Of a DNA stretch of 64,000 bases, positions 1 through 9,522 are shown piece by piece. Both the position numbers and the translations under genes were made by a program. Within the stretch, counting starts at the first letter, position 1. Each line of letters begins with the position of its first letter. Under the pieces are notes generated by a model, which ran no database searches, was not told the DNA's origin, and saw nothing but the letters and a program-made list of their open reading frames with translations. Origin of the DNA: a virus; IMG/VR virus record IMGVR_UViG_3300044712_001084, positions 1 to 64,000 of that record; one strand, 5' to 3'.

Positions 1-1
1 G

Positions 2-967
2 AAAAGTCAGCGACTTATCTTGCTCACGCTTGGCTTGCCATAACCGCAAGGCATCCTGGACTTCATCCATTGTCAATCCAGAGATAGCCGCCACACCCTC
101 TGGAGGCAAATTGTCCAACTTTTCCTGGTCGTACTGGTGTAAACCTAGTAAAAGGTTAGCGGCTCTGAAGGCTCTGTCCACCGCGCAAAAACCAATTCCC
201 AGGTCTTTTTCACGAGGACTGTTCATCGAGGAAAAGTGAATAAACTCACCCGGCTGGAAGCGGATATACTGACCATTATGATAGCCACGATATGCCACTG
301 GATATTGGCTATTGCCTGTCAGAGTGCAGCATAGCGCATCCATGTGACCAATATCGATTGTGGGTGAATACAGCGGGTCACCCTCTTTCGCTAACTCGAT
401 AAACACGCCACGATTGGTGGTAAAAAAGTCTTGCGCCACCGATGACTTGTAGCCACCCCAGTCATAGCCACCATAATGCGCGGCTCTGGCAAACATTCTG
501 GCGGCTTCCATAGCCTTGCGCCGCGTACCTGTAACACTCCATTTCAAGCTGACCATCTTGGCTGTCATGGAATATACCGCGCCAGCCAAAATCGGCTCGT
601 TGCGCCAGTACTCAGCCAGCACTTCGTCCCGGCTTGGATCTTCACGGTACGGCAAATCCTTGAAGCGCTCTTTACCGCGCAGCACACGTACCATGTCTCG
701 CAGCTGGTTATACGCCATAGCATACACCATATCATTGTCATTACTGCGAATGTCCAGCCTGGACTTGCGATTATTTTCCTTCAACTCAGTACGTGGCTTG
801 GATAGCGCTGTCAGACCTCTGACGGCTGTCTCGTGCGTGGGCAAAGTGCCATCAGCAATCATGGCGTCAATTCTTTGGCTGACAGAGTCTATGTCAACTC
901 TGCCTGATGATGCTCTGGCTGCTGGAATAGCTCTGAATGCCTGGGTAATGCGTGAAATAATACTCAT
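2..967 (-). CDS. Phage portal protein (3' end truncated by window edge; absent from ORF track)
   Basis: Manual translation from ATG at 967: MSIISRITQAF...YWRNEPILAGAVYSMTAKMVSLKWSV...QDFFTTNRGVFIEL...FQPGEFIHFSSMNSPRE..GIGFCAVDRA; portal-like pattern, open to window start. Confidence 0.75.
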   Translation of the reverse strand, partial: MSIISRITQAFRAIPAARASSGRVDIDSVSQRIDAMIADGTLPTHETAVRGLTALSKPRTELKENNRKSRLDIRSNDNDMVYAMAYNQLRDMVRVLRGKERFKDLPYREDPSRDEVLAEYWRNEPILAGAVYSMTAKMVSLKWSVTGTRRKAMEAARMFARAAHYGGYDWGGYKSSVAQDFFTTNRGVFIELAKEGDPLYSPTIDIGHMDALCCTLTGNSQYPVAYRGYHNGQYIRFQPGEFIHFSSMNSPREKDLGIGFCAVDRAFRAANLLLGLHQYDQEKLDNLPPEGVAAISGLTMDEVQDALRLWQAKREQDKSLTF

Positions 968-1024
968 GCCACAACCTTTATTCCTGGCTGGATAAATTTT
1001 CGATCAGTTTGCCGCTGCGCGGCT

Positions 1025-1130
1025 GTTATTATATAATACTGGAGCGTAGCGACAGTATTATATAATAACCTAATAGCTGGTATATAATTACTAGCTAGAG
1101 TAATCTTTATATATAATTACTCTAGCTAGT
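1025..1130. repeat. Two tandem perfect inverted repeats (17 bp and 15 bp arms, 11-nt loops) upstream of portal
   Basis: GTTATTATATAATACTG 1025-1041 / 1053-1069; ACTAGCTAGAGTAAT 1090-1104 / 1116-1130. Confidence 0.85.
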
Positions 1131-1157
1131 TCTGAAGGAGGGTCCGGGAGGAAACTG

Positions 1158-2342
1158 TCAGTCACCCAGCACGAATTCCAAGGCACGTCTCAACTCTGGC
1201 GACAAGTCCACTAATTCATTGAAACCATCGAATTTGCGACCAAAGTGTTCCACGGCTGCCAGCTTGAAATCATTATCCGGCATAGCATCCAGCATGTAAG
1301 CCAGTCTGCGCTGAACGTCTGTATTGATCGTATTATCCACCCTCTTCCAGTCCAGATACACGTTGTACAGTTCTAACATCTGGAGGCAGTTGGTAAGGAA
1401 TGGATCCATAAGATAGCCGCGTTCTTTCTCAGCCGAACGCCCAGCAATCCCAGCGTCCAGAATTTTGAACACCTGGTTCAATTGCCAATCGAGGTCTTGT
1501 ATACGCGTATTGAACCCACCCGCTGGTTGCACGCCATAGTCGTAAATGGAGCCACCCTTGTAGTGCTCCACGATAGATATCGCACGATCATAATGCCTGG
1601 AATAGAGGTGGAACGATGAAATGAAATAGGTGAGTGGGCCCATATCCACGCCAGCCCAGTACGCCATCATCATATGCAGCACACTCCACTCAAAGGTATT
1701 GATGCCGCTGAAGCCCCAAAGGATATCGCTGGAGCGCTGGGCCACGTTCATACGCAGAGCCATACGGCTCTCGATTGTTTGAGAAGTGTATTTATTCTGG
1801 GTGCTGGACTTGACCACAAAGTCGCTGTGGCGAATGAGCCAGTGGATCCAATTGTTACAAGGGATATCCTTATAATCTCCATAGTCGCTGGCAGGGTCCC
1901 ATAGGCTCATGACCGCACGCCGCGTTTGCGGGTCATCATGTAAAAGGCTGGCGCACTGTTTGACTTGATCCACCTCTAGAAAGTCGGGCACCTCGTTATG
2001 GGCATGTCCCCAGTTGCGCAAGCGTGCCCCATAAGCTGCGCGCCATGTTCTTCCATCATCGGAAAAGTCCACAGCACGCGGCAGATAGCGTACCAAGAAT
2101 TCCATATCGTTGCGGCCAGCCAGTACCCATAACGTCTCTGCGATCTTGTGGAAGATATTGTCATTGCGCTTGGGTAGGATGAAGCAACGCTCAGCTGGGT
2201 TCTTGATGGTGAGCGTGACGTTGGTAAGCTCTTTTGTCTCATTACCGCGCACGACCTCGGTGACGCCATCAGCTAGCACTGTACTGAGCATATTCACCAG
2301 AGCCGCTTGCGCGTTCACGTAATTGGTGTTAATCCAATTCAT
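1158..2342 (-). CDS. Thymidylate synthase-family protein, probable dUMP hydroxymethylase
   Basis: FSDDG..AAYG.RLR, TRRAVMSLWDP, catalytic DIPCN, QRSSDILWGFSGINTF (Asn at the dUMP-specificity position), SFHLY. Confidence 0.8.
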   Translation of the reverse strand: MNWINTNYVNAQAALVNMLSTVLADGVTEVVRGNETKELTNVTLTIKNPAERCFILPKRNDNIFHKIAETLWVLAGRNDMEFLVRYLPRAVDFSDDGRTWRAAYGARLRNWGHAHNEVPDFLEVDQVKQCASLLHDDPQTRRAVMSLWDPASDYGDYKDIPCNNWIHWLIRHSDFVVKSSTQNKYTSQTIESRMALRMNVAQRSSDILWGFSGINTFEWSVLHMMMAYWAGVDMGPLTYFISSFHLYSRHYDRAISIVEHYKGGSIYDYGVQPAGGFNTRIQDLDWQLNQVFKILDAGIAGRSAEKERGYLMDPFLTNCLQMLELYNVYLDWKRVDNTINTDVQRRLAYMLDAMPDNDFKLAAVEHFGRKFDGFNELVDLSPELRRALEFVLGD

Positions 2343-2395
2343 AGCATTTCTCCCGGTAGCAAGTTTAGTCTATATATTACTAAACTTGCGAGGAC

Positions 2396-2674
2396 TCATG
2401 AATTATCCGCTAGAACCATTTTGGCTGTCGAGTGTTCCAGCTTCGTGCGCTGGAACCAGGCTTGATAATCGGCTGTATTGCCTACAGGCTCTGCGCTGTA
2501 AGCATCTGCCAATTCCACAATCACGTTGCTATAGTGCTGGGGTGTAAGCGTGGCTTGCGCTAACTCGGTAAACTGGCACTGCTCGGCAATCTTGTGGACG
2601 GCTTGGGTGTCGAACATGTTAGTCAATCCGCTAGCCCGCACTGCCTCGTACTGGTACAGTAAGGTCTGGTTCAT
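2396..2674 (-). CDS. DUF5049-like small phage protein
   Basis: QYEAVRASGLTNMFD motif. Confidence 0.6.
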   Translation of the reverse strand: MNQTLLYQYEAVRASGLTNMFDTQAVHKIAEQCQFTELAQATLTPQHYSNVIVELADAYSAEPVGNTADYQAWFQRTKLEHSTAKMVLADNS

Positions 2675-2849
2675 CTTGGTACTCCGCCATAGATATGTGT
2701 TTATGCGTAGGTCGTGGTTTGAATATCAGCAGGAACTTGTGACCGCAATGCCGACAAGTCACCCTGATGGTAGTGCTCATGTCCTGCGTCTTGGCCATAT
2801 TCCACTGCTCGCAACGAGGGCATATTACAGGACAATCGCATTCAATCAT
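2631..2849 (-). CDS. Small zinc-ribbon protein
   Basis: CPRC...CRHC; ATGA-type overlap with upstream gene. Confidence 0.55.
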   Translation of the reverse strand: MIECDCPVICPRCEQWNMAKTQDMSTTIRVTCRHCGHKFLLIFKPRPTHKHISMAEYQDEPDLTVPVRGSAG

Positions 2850-3229
2850 AATTTGCCACCCTCGTGGGCATCTGGTCGCTCCCAGAAGGTCTTGAAAGAT
2901 ACGATGCGCTCTAGAGCCTGGTCAAAATCTCCAGTAAACTGTACAGCACGATCATCCAGATATACCAAGGCTGGCACCTTATGATCGGTGACCTCTTTGA
3001 CGTAGTGGCTCAGGCCATAGTCATCCAGCCACTTGCGCACGATATCTGGATCAGCCGCTGTCATAATGACAATGTCGTAGCCATAACTCTGCAGGCTCTG
3101 CAAGAACTCCGCTATACCGTCACGCGGTGGATAGGTATAGCTAGCGCCACGCCAGCCAGTGTACGTGTCCAGCACTCCATTCCAATCAATAGCTATCTGC
3201 TTACGTGCCTCAACCCATTGTTTCGCCAT
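2846..3229 (-). CDS. HAD-superfamily phosphatase-like protein
   Basis: IAIDWNGVLD motif I; K.PA..YLDDRA motifs III/IV. Confidence 0.7.
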   Translation of the reverse strand: MAKQWVEARKQIAIDWNGVLDTYTGWRGASYTYPPRDGIAEFLQSLQSYGYDIVIMTAADPDIVRKWLDDYGLSHYVKEVTDHKVPALVYLDDRAVQFTGDFDQALERIVSFKTFWERPDAHEGGKL

Positions 3230-3256
3230 AATATTACCTCTAATATACTAAACTTG

Positions 3257-3799
3257 CTAATCCAACCTGGCCCATATGATATCACCTGGCGCGGCAAGGC
3301 TGTCTTCATAAGATATGGAATAATCCTTGTTTATCCCATATAGAGCCAGCATTACATCACCTAGCCCTGCTTCGGACCATTGCGCAGACGGTAAACCCAT
3401 CAGCCGTTTATCATCTATCAAAATGGTATGGGTCTTGATGGGGTGCCTGGCAATTATATCTAGCTCGTATAGCAATGGCGCGGCATGCTTCCCTTTTATA
3501 CCTTCTTGGATGTGGGCATCCAGCCAAAACGTTGCAGGCTCAGCGAGGTCTGCGATCATGGCTTCCAGTAATTCCTCGCTATCACCGCAAAACAGCTTGA
3601 CGTTGGGATTGTCGCCAAATCGCATCAGGCATACGTTATACCAATCTGGGCTGACCTCGATACTGCGCACTTGCTGGAAACCGTTGTCCAGTGCCATCTG
3701 AATTGTGCGCCCATCATAAGAGCCTGTTTCGATAAATACTGGATTAGCGCACTTGCTCAGCAAGGCAGCGGGCAATGTCATAGACTGACTAACTAACAT
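3257..3799 (-). CDS. Class I SAM-dependent methyltransferase-like protein
   Basis: VFIETGSYDG, SIEV, GDS, FWLDAH, ILIDD; start moved to 3799 after GGAGGA RBS. Confidence 0.7.
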   Translation of the reverse strand: MLVSQSMTLPAALLSKCANPVFIETGSYDGRTIQMALDNGFQQVRSIEVSPDWYNVCLMRFGDNPNVKLFCGDSEELLEAMIADLAEPATFWLDAHIQEGIKGKHAAPLLYELDIIARHPIKTHTILIDDKRLMGLPSAQWSEAGLGDVMLALYGINKDYSISYEDSLAAPGDIIWARLD

Positions 3800-3880
3800 G
3801 GAAGTCCTCCAATAATAAAATCCTCTGACGTGTAATATATACCTTATCACGTCAGAGGATTTTACCCGACTATAACGGCT

Positions 3881-4051
3881 CTAGCGTGCGGGAGTGACGA
3901 CCTGCTTCACCAGCGCTACTAACATGGCCACCGCTAGAACGCTCCATAGCAAGGCTCCTAGCAGACTTCCAGCCTTGTAATTGGCGACTGCCATGATAAT
4001 CATGAACAGCAAAACGATACCATAAATTACATTGCCTGATGCCCTGGCCAT
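3881..4051 (-). CDS. Small two-TM membrane protein (56 aa, not in ORF track)
   Basis: MARASGNVIYGIVLLFMIIMAV...LLWSVLAVAMLVALVKQ. Confidence 0.55.
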   Translation of the reverse strand: MARASGNVIYGIVLLFMIIMAVANYKAGSLLGALLWSVLAVAMLVALVKQVVTPAR

Positions 4052-4053
4052 AG

Positions 4054-4335
4054 TTAGCTCTTTCTCGTATTGCGTTTCAATTCCAGCATAGCTTCGTCAA
4101 TCAGCTGGCGAATCACCTGAGACACAGCCAGCATGGGTGACGCCAAGTTGAGTTGGCGCGACACCTCGAAGCCCTTATTTTGCGCATTACCTGGGTGCAC
4201 GATGACCATGATAATCTGAGTGGTATCGGCTGGCCTCACCTCCAGATCGAATTCACCCTTGCCAGTTAGCTCTTTCTCTATCCAAGTGAAGAGCATATCC
4301 ACCGCACTATCCATAACCTTGCCACTGCTTGCCAT
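4054..4335 (-). CDS. Hypothetical protein
   Basis: GAGG RBS, downstream of motif at 4377. Confidence 0.6.
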   Translation of the reverse strand: MASSGKVMDSAVDMLFTWIEKELTGKGEFDLEVRPADTTQIIMVIVHPGNAQNKGFEVSRQLNLASPMLAVSQVIRQLIDEAMLELKRNTRKS

Positions 4336-4396
4336 AAGACCTCTCTTGGGTACAACCCTGACTTTCTTATGTTTATACTAAACTTGCGTGTAAACG

Positions 4397-4431
4397 AAAC
4401 CACCCTGGCGCTCAGGACGTCAGGGTGGTTT
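4397..4431 (-). terminator. Intrinsic terminator-like hairpin
   Basis: AAACCACCCTGGCG...CGTCAGGGTGGTTT. Confidence 0.55.
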
Positions 4432-4599
4432 CTCTTCAGAGGGCAAGCGTACCCGGCAGCGAACTTGGCAGAGTTGGCTACCTATATATTTACTAAACTT
4501 GCTACGCTACAAAATAATGGTGGGATGGAGAACTATTGATTACGCACAATCCCACGGCTGGGCTTCTTGCAGGAATGATCGTCATGGTGCTCTCCATCC

Positions 4600-4947
4600 T
4601 CATAATACTAAACTTGTAACGCTATCACTCGCTACGTCCACGTTAGCTCTGTACAGCTTTACCAACAACCATATCCTGGGCGTGAGATGGTTTCCATAAG
4701 TCATGGGATGGTGGCATATCTCTCGTAATTGAAAGCGCACGTGCTTTGCGCAGAACCATCCCTGGTCGATGACTCCATTGCGGCCAATCATAGGCAAGCG
4801 CTTCCAGCCGCGTTGTTTAGCCGTCTTGGTGCGTATGGGTTTGGCCATTTTGACAACCTCGTCAGACGGCTCTGCGTGATAACGGCATACTTCGCAAATG
4901 ACCAAGTAATCTCTCATGGCTGCGCTCTCAAAGACAAGCGTGCCCAC
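4600..4947 (-). CDS. Hypothetical Zn-binding protein
   Basis: CEVC...WFCAKH. Confidence 0.5.
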   Translation of the reverse strand: MGTLVFESAAMRDYLVICEVCRYHAEPSDEVVKMAKPIRTKTAKQRGWKRLPMIGRNGVIDQGWFCAKHVRFQLREICHHPMTYGNHLTPRIWLLVKLYRANVDVASDSVTSLVL

Positions 4948-5201
4948 TTACGCTCCAAGATAGCGTTGAGGTCACGCATAATCTGAATATGCCGCATATC
5001 CCCAGGTATAACCTGGAAGCGGCCAAACGTGATTACGAGACGCGGCTGACCGTTGGGATAAATCATGGATAGCTCGTGCGCATATTTATCCGGCAGTTCG
5101 CACATCAGTTTGGAAGCTTCCATGTCATAGGCCAGCAACGACAGCAACGCACTCGTGATCTTGATAATACCGTCCAGATCATCACGCATCTTTGGCTCCA
5201 A
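4914..5201 (-). CDS. Hypothetical protein
   Basis: Co-oriented ORF in operon. Confidence 0.45.
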   Translation of the reverse strand: MEPKMRDDLDGIIKITSALLSLLAYDMEASKLMCELPDKYAHELSMIYPNGQPRLVITFGRFQVIPGDMRHIQIMRDLNAILERKWARLSLRAQP

Positions 5202-5466
5202 TCGAGGTCTGTATAATAGAGGTCGTGCGACACAGGCTGACCGTGATCAAGATGTCTCCGTCAGGACCAGTCATGGTTTCCGTGATGACAAACGTTCCCA
5301 GCTTCGTCATAGACAGTTTTGGATCTTGGGACACGACCTGCATCAATACGTTGGTCAACGAGGTGATCTCATAACCTAGATAGATATCACCTTGACGCGC
5401 ATATAGATATCCAGGAATCAGGGTGGTGCGCTGCACTAATACATCAAAACCAGCTGAACTTAGCAT
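5182..5466 (-). CDS. Hypothetical protein
   Basis: GAGG RBS, motif at 5491 upstream. Confidence 0.55.
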   Translation of the reverse strand: MLSSAGFDVLVQRTTLIPGYLYARQGDIYLGYEITSLTNVLMQVVSQDPKLSMTKLGTFVITETMTGPDGDILITVSLCRTTSIIQTSIGAKDA

Positions 5467-5539
5467 ATGGACCTCTCTTTATCTATAAATACTAAACTTG
5501 CTTCCCAACAAAATATGGGTGGAATTCCAGCAAAACCAC

Positions 5540-5568
5540 TTGACTTTTTCCACGATATCGGTTATAGT
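5540..5568 (+). promoter_or_regulatory. Host sigma70-type promoter (early)
   Basis: TTGACT-17 bp-TATAGT upstream of the plus-strand operon. Confidence 0.75.
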
Positions 5569-5615
5569 AAAGCCACGTATTCATCTACCACTCTCTAGCC
5601 CTCAGGAGGCACCCA

Positions 5616-5975
5616 ATGTCCAGCAATATCCAGCATTTTGAACTCGATTGGCGCAAATCCGAACCGTCAGAGCCAGTTTGCATCGATTACAGCACCAACG
5701 GTATGCCCTGCAGCGACTATTTCATCAATCGCCATACCAACGTCCTCAAGATCGATGGAGAAACCTTCATTACCCACGCTTTACTTATTGCGCTGATAGG
5801 CAATAACGCTATCCACGCCAAATACCATATGAAGTGGGGCACGGCCAAAATCCACTCTATCAGCGAGATATTAGACGACATTCTAGACCACGCCACTTAT
5901 CCACGCCGCTCAGATCGTGAGCGCGAAGTGGCCCACCGTCTAACCGTTATCGCTGAAATTTTAGCCGAATTCTAG
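5616..5975 (+). CDS. Hypothetical early protein
   Basis: AGGAGG RBS after sigma70 promoter. Confidence 0.7.
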   Translation: MSSNIQHFELDWRKSEPSEPVCIDYSTNGMPCSDYFINRHTNVLKIDGETFITHALLIALIGNNAIHAKYHMKWGTAKIHSISEILDDILDHATYPRRSDREREVAHRLTVIAEILAEF

Positions 5976-5985
5976 AGGTCAAGCC

Positions 5986-6189
5986 ATGATAGACGTTCAC
6001 ACTCTCCAGCATAAGGCAGCTGTGCTAGACAAGCTCATCGCCAATCTACAAGCTGAGACGCAGCGCGTGAGCGCTAGCGCTAGCAACCCAGTCTCATTAG
6101 CCAGACTGGACGTGGCACTCGATATCCTCGACACTTTAGAGGAAGCGCTAGACAATTTCACCTACACGCCATTCATCGTAGCCAACTAG
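5986..6189 (+). CDS. Hypothetical early protein
   Basis: GAGGT RBS, operon. Confidence 0.65.
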   Translation: MIDVHTLQHKAAVLDKLIANLQAETQRVSASASNPVSLARLDVALDILDTLEEALDNFTYTPFIVAN

Positions 6190-6199
6190 AGAGGTCAAA

Positions 6200-6580
6200 A
6201 TGTTCACTCGTATTTTAGCCACTTATTCAGTCCAAATCCAGGGCAACGCTTACACCATTACCAAGCTCAGCGACTCGGTTGCCGAGGATAGTTACGCCAT
6301 GCGCGAAGCCGATGCCGTTTTGTGGAAGCCCAGGCTTGAAGAGCCAGTGCGCGTTCTTATCTCCACCCGGCTCTTGAAAGTAATCGCTGGTCCGATGGGC
6401 GCATCCCACGCCACGTATTATCTAGGCACCGCGTATCGCAGACTTTACCATGCCTTGCAGGTCATTCAGCCCGATGTCAATATGCGGCTGGCCAACGCCA
6501 AGACCTCTCGCAGCAAGTCAGCGGCAGAGCGCAACGTGCGCATAGCGCTGGACCTCACTCAACTCGCTAGCCAGCGCTAA
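6200..6580 (+). CDS. Hypothetical early protein
   Basis: GAGGT RBS, followed by terminator. Confidence 0.65.
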   Translation: MFTRILATYSVQIQGNAYTITKLSDSVAEDSYAMREADAVLWKPRLEEPVRVLISTRLLKVIAGPMGASHATYYLGTAYRRLYHALQVIQPDVNMRLANAKTSRSKSAAERNVRIALDLTQLASQR

Positions 6581-6597
6581 CTAACAGCCTTATAACC

Positions 6598-6635
6598 AAG
6601 ACACCGCTGCCCGGATTGCAGCGGTGTCTTTATTT
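6598..6635 (+). terminator. Intrinsic terminator
   Basis: AAGACACCGCTGC-ccggatt-GCAGCGGTGTCTT followed by TATTT. Confidence 0.75.
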
Positions 6636-6812
6636 ACTTCAACCAAAGAGCCGTCCAGCGCTACATGCACCACGCGCATTGCTTCAGTTCAGTGTCAGAT
6701 GTCTCAAGTGCCCTTGAGAGGTACGATGGACATACGATCCAATCGCTACGGTATCGTGTACCACTGATCGACAAGTCGCAAACTCTTTAGCCGTCTATAT
6801 TTACTAAACTTG

Positions 6813-7460
6813 CTACTGATCCACCCTCCAGTAAATCGAGTTGAGACCATCGCACTGCACCAGCTTATACGGCTTGTCAGCGAACCACTCACGGATAGCC
6901 TTAGCATGGAAGCTGAATGCCTCCACCGGATTGCCGTCATGCGTCTCTACGATTATCATTCTGGGCTTCCAGCGCTCCATACTAGCGCCAGCCAACACCT
7001 TCAGTTCAGCACCCTCTACATCTATGACTAGCACGTCTATGGGCGCACTCACCTCGAATAGATCCAACAACGCGTCTAGCGTGTAGCAGGGTGCCAGCAC
7101 GAAGTTGTCAGCATCGTAAGTGCACCACGGCTGCTTCTCAACCGTCTCCGTGTCAATAGTCGGGTTCTCCGCCATATATAGCTTGACCGTACCCGTCACG
7201 TCACCCACGCAGCAATTGGCCACCATGACATTAGGGTGCTGAGCGTGGTTCATGCGGCATTGCTCAAATAAGGTCTTTACAGGCTCTACATAAAGTCCAG
7301 TCCAGCCAGCCTGGGCCAATCCCCAGGTATTAGACCACGCGTAACCATCATGGGCACCCACTTCGACAAACGTGCCTTCAGTGCAATAACCCAAATACTG
7401 GGCATATATCTCTGCCAGGTTGGCTATCTGGCAAGTGCGCGACATTTCATATTGCGTCAT
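6813..7460 (-). CDS. FkbM-family methyltransferase
   Basis: FVEVGAHDG..SNT, GWTGLYVEP, IDVLVIDVEGAE. Confidence 0.85.
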   Translation of the reverse strand: MTQYEMSRTCQIANLAEIYAQYLGYCTEGTFVEVGAHDGYAWSNTWGLAQAGWTGLYVEPVKTLFEQCRMNHAQHPNVMVANCCVGDVTGTVKLYMAENPTIDTETVEKQPWCTYDADNFVLAPCYTLDALLDLFEVSAPIDVLVIDVEGAELKVLAGASMERWKPRMIIVETHDGNPVEAFSFHAKAIREWFADKPYKLVQCDGLNSIYWRVDQ

Positions 7461-7470
7461 CTAAGCCTCT

Positions 7471-7896
7471 CTAGCGTTTGTAAGATCCGTAAGGACCTTT
7501 TGGTTTTACATCGTCTAGCGTCTTCTCTTCATCCGTTATGGTACGTGGACGTATGGTAGGATGACTCTTTGACCAATCTTTGACTATGCTGGATATAGCA
7601 ATATCCAAGGTCGTCACGACCTTATTCAATTTGGATGCCGATGACCCGTAACCAGAAATTTTGAAACCATCTTCTACTTTGGTGATCGAATAACCGTAAG
7701 GTCTCAATTTTGCTTTGCCTACTTCTACATAAGCAGTTCCACCTATAACGTCAATAGTTCCAGTCACATTATCGAATTTAGCCGCTAATGCGGCAGTATC
7801 ATTACTTGGCGCAGAGCCTCCAACCAAACCTGGCCTACCTTCATGACCGAAGTTCCCACTTCCTGATCCACCTTTGAACCGCATAGTCAGTTTCAT
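7471..7896 (-). CDS. Tagged protein 1 (GSGNFGHxGRPG tag + unknown ~100-aa domain)
   Basis: MRFKGGSGSGNFGHEGRPGLVGGSAP at N-terminus. Confidence 0.7.
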   Translation of the reverse strand: MKLTMRFKGGSGSGNFGHEGRPGLVGGSAPSNDTAALAAKFDNVTGTIDVIGGTAYVEVGKAKLRPYGYSITKVEDGFKISGYGSSASKLNKVVTTLDIAISSIVKDWSKSHPTIRPRTITDEEKTLDDVKPKGPYGSYKR

Positions 7897-7905
7897 AATA
7901 CCTCT

Positions 7906-8619
7906 CTAGCGTACGTTATCCACAAACCAATCTTCAATGGCGCTGGGCATGGGCTCACCCATCACGAAGTTAGCAAACATGTCGCAAAAGGCTTCTTCAT
8001 AAGAGCCGTTATAATTGGCGTAGCCTGACATAGAGCCACGATGCTCCCTCCAGACGTTATCGCGCCACGAGGTCAATACTGGGTTCGTCTCTACACGTCC
8101 TCTGCTACCTCCAGGTAATTTTACGAGGTCTGCGGACTTCACAGAGTTCTGCTTCCACCACAAATGTCCATACTCGTGACTCACGACATGCTTCAGCAGC
8201 GCGTCTCTATCGTTAGCGCCAGAGAACCCAAACCACTCGGCTCTATTGTAAGTGGAACCTGGAGATTTACTTGGTGGGTCATCTAATCTCCATGGCGCAA
8301 TATAGATATAGTTCTTGCCATCAATCCTGGTTGACCGTCCAAATGGATCTGAAGAGCCAGCCGCCACCGCGCCAGAGCTTCCAATGACAATCGCTTCAGG
8401 GTCATCCATAGCAATAGTGGCATGGATATCGGCCACCGCGTCATTGATCAAGGTGTGGTCAGCATCAGATAACGTCTTGCCAGTGGGCTTCTTGCTGACT
8501 GGATCCACGAAAGATATCTGCACGGCTGCGCTACCACCAACCTTGCCTGGTCTACCAGCATGACCAAAGTTGCCGCTTCCCTCTCCACCTTTGAACCTGA
8601 TACTCAACTTCATACGCAC
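7906..8619 (-). CDS. Tagged protein 2: zincin-like metallopeptidase
   Basis: N-terminal tag; HEYGH plus downstream SGYA...EEAFCDMF. Confidence 0.7.
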   Translation of the reverse strand: MRMKLSIRFKGGEGSGNFGHAGRPGKVGGSAAVQISFVDPVSKKPTGKTLSDADHTLINDAVADIHATIAMDDPEAIVIGSSGAVAAGSSDPFGRSTRIDGKNYIYIAPWRLDDPPSKSPGSTYNRAEWFGFSGANDRDALLKHVVSHEYGHLWWKQNSVKSADLVKLPGGSRGRVETNPVLTSWRDNVWREHRGSMSGYANYNGSYEEAFCDMFANFVMGEPMPSAIEDWFVDNVR

Positions 8620-8687
8620 CTCACTCTATCCTTATATAAACTAAAGAGCCTCCAACTGGAGGCTCTTATGAATACAGCAAACTGCGT

Positions 8688-8888
8688 CTAACTTTTACTT
8701 GGACCTATAAAGAGGAATAGAGCGAACAGAGCGCACACGGTGCCTATGGCGTAACCCATATAGGCAATCTCCATCAGCTTCTCCAGCATGGCTTGCCACG
8801 CCATATAATAGAAGAATGCCGCCACAATGACTAGGCACACTCCAATCAGCTTAGCCAGTGCATTCCCGCAACCATCATTCTGAGTCAT
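8688..8888 (-). CDS. Small membrane protein
   Basis: Two hydrophobic segments. Confidence 0.55.
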   Translation of the reverse strand: MTQNDGCGNALAKLIGVCLVIVAAFFYYMAWQAMLEKLMEIAYMGYAIGTVCALFALFLFIGPSKS

Positions 8889-9327
8889 CGCCAGCAATCC
8901 TTTCACGTGGGTCCGGCATCCCAGCCGCGTTCAGTAAACCCACCAACTTAGCAATGGCAAACTGGTATGCCTCGCACTTGCCCTGGTTGGTGGGATTGCC
9001 CAAAGATAGTATCATAGTTCGGATGCGCTCTGCTTCCAGGCCAACCACGACATTAGATACAGCGTGCAATACGTCCAGCGCTTGCGTGGGCATAAACGTG
9101 GCACTAACCTCCAGCAATATCTGTAATTCGTCATAGGGTGACGCTGGATTAGGTATAACACGCTCTTGCACGCGAACCAGGTGAACTGGATGGGCTGGTT
9201 TATTTACCATGGAGTACATTTGCTCAGCAGCTTTTTGGCGCGCATCACGTCTCCAAGGCTCTTGGTCAGCGTCAGTACAGCGCGGCAGCCTTGTCTTGAC
9301 TACATACGATACAAAATTTCCAGCCAT
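8875..9327 (-). CDS. Hypothetical protein
   Basis: Start adjusted to MAGNFVS. Confidence 0.5.
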   Translation of the reverse strand: MAGNFVSYVVKTRLPRCTDADQEPWRRDARQKAAEQMYSMVNKPAHPVHLVRVQERVIPNPASPYDELQILLEVSATFMPTQALDVLHAVSNVVVGLEAERIRTMILSLGNPTNQGKCEAYQFAIAKLVGLLNAAGMPDPRERIAGDDSE

Positions 9328-9329
9328 GG

Positions 9330-9521
9330 CTATTCCTTGGTATTCAGACGTGAGCCAATCCACTGCAGGAACACCAGCACCACCGTGCCCCACGCGGCCA
9401 TAATAAACCAAGCCAGTTCCCGGCTGGCCACGTGAAACAACTCGGAAACCATGTGTCCCAGCAACGCTGCGCACAGCATCAGGACAAAAATAATCACCCA
9501 ATACACAATCTTGCCAATCAT
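9330..9521 (-). CDS. Small membrane protein
   Basis: Two TM segments, AGGAG RBS, motif at 9541. Confidence 0.6.
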   Translation of the reverse strand: MIGKIVYWVIIFVLMLCAALLGHMVSELFHVASRELAWFIMAAWGTVVLVFLQWIGSRLNTKE

Positions 9522-9522
9522 G

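Noticed and set aside
1158-2342. dCMP hydroxymethylase (T4 gp42-like)
   Set aside because: The specificity residue after RSxD..G is Asn (dUMP-type), not Asp, and the context includes dCTP deaminase and aGPT-Pplase1.
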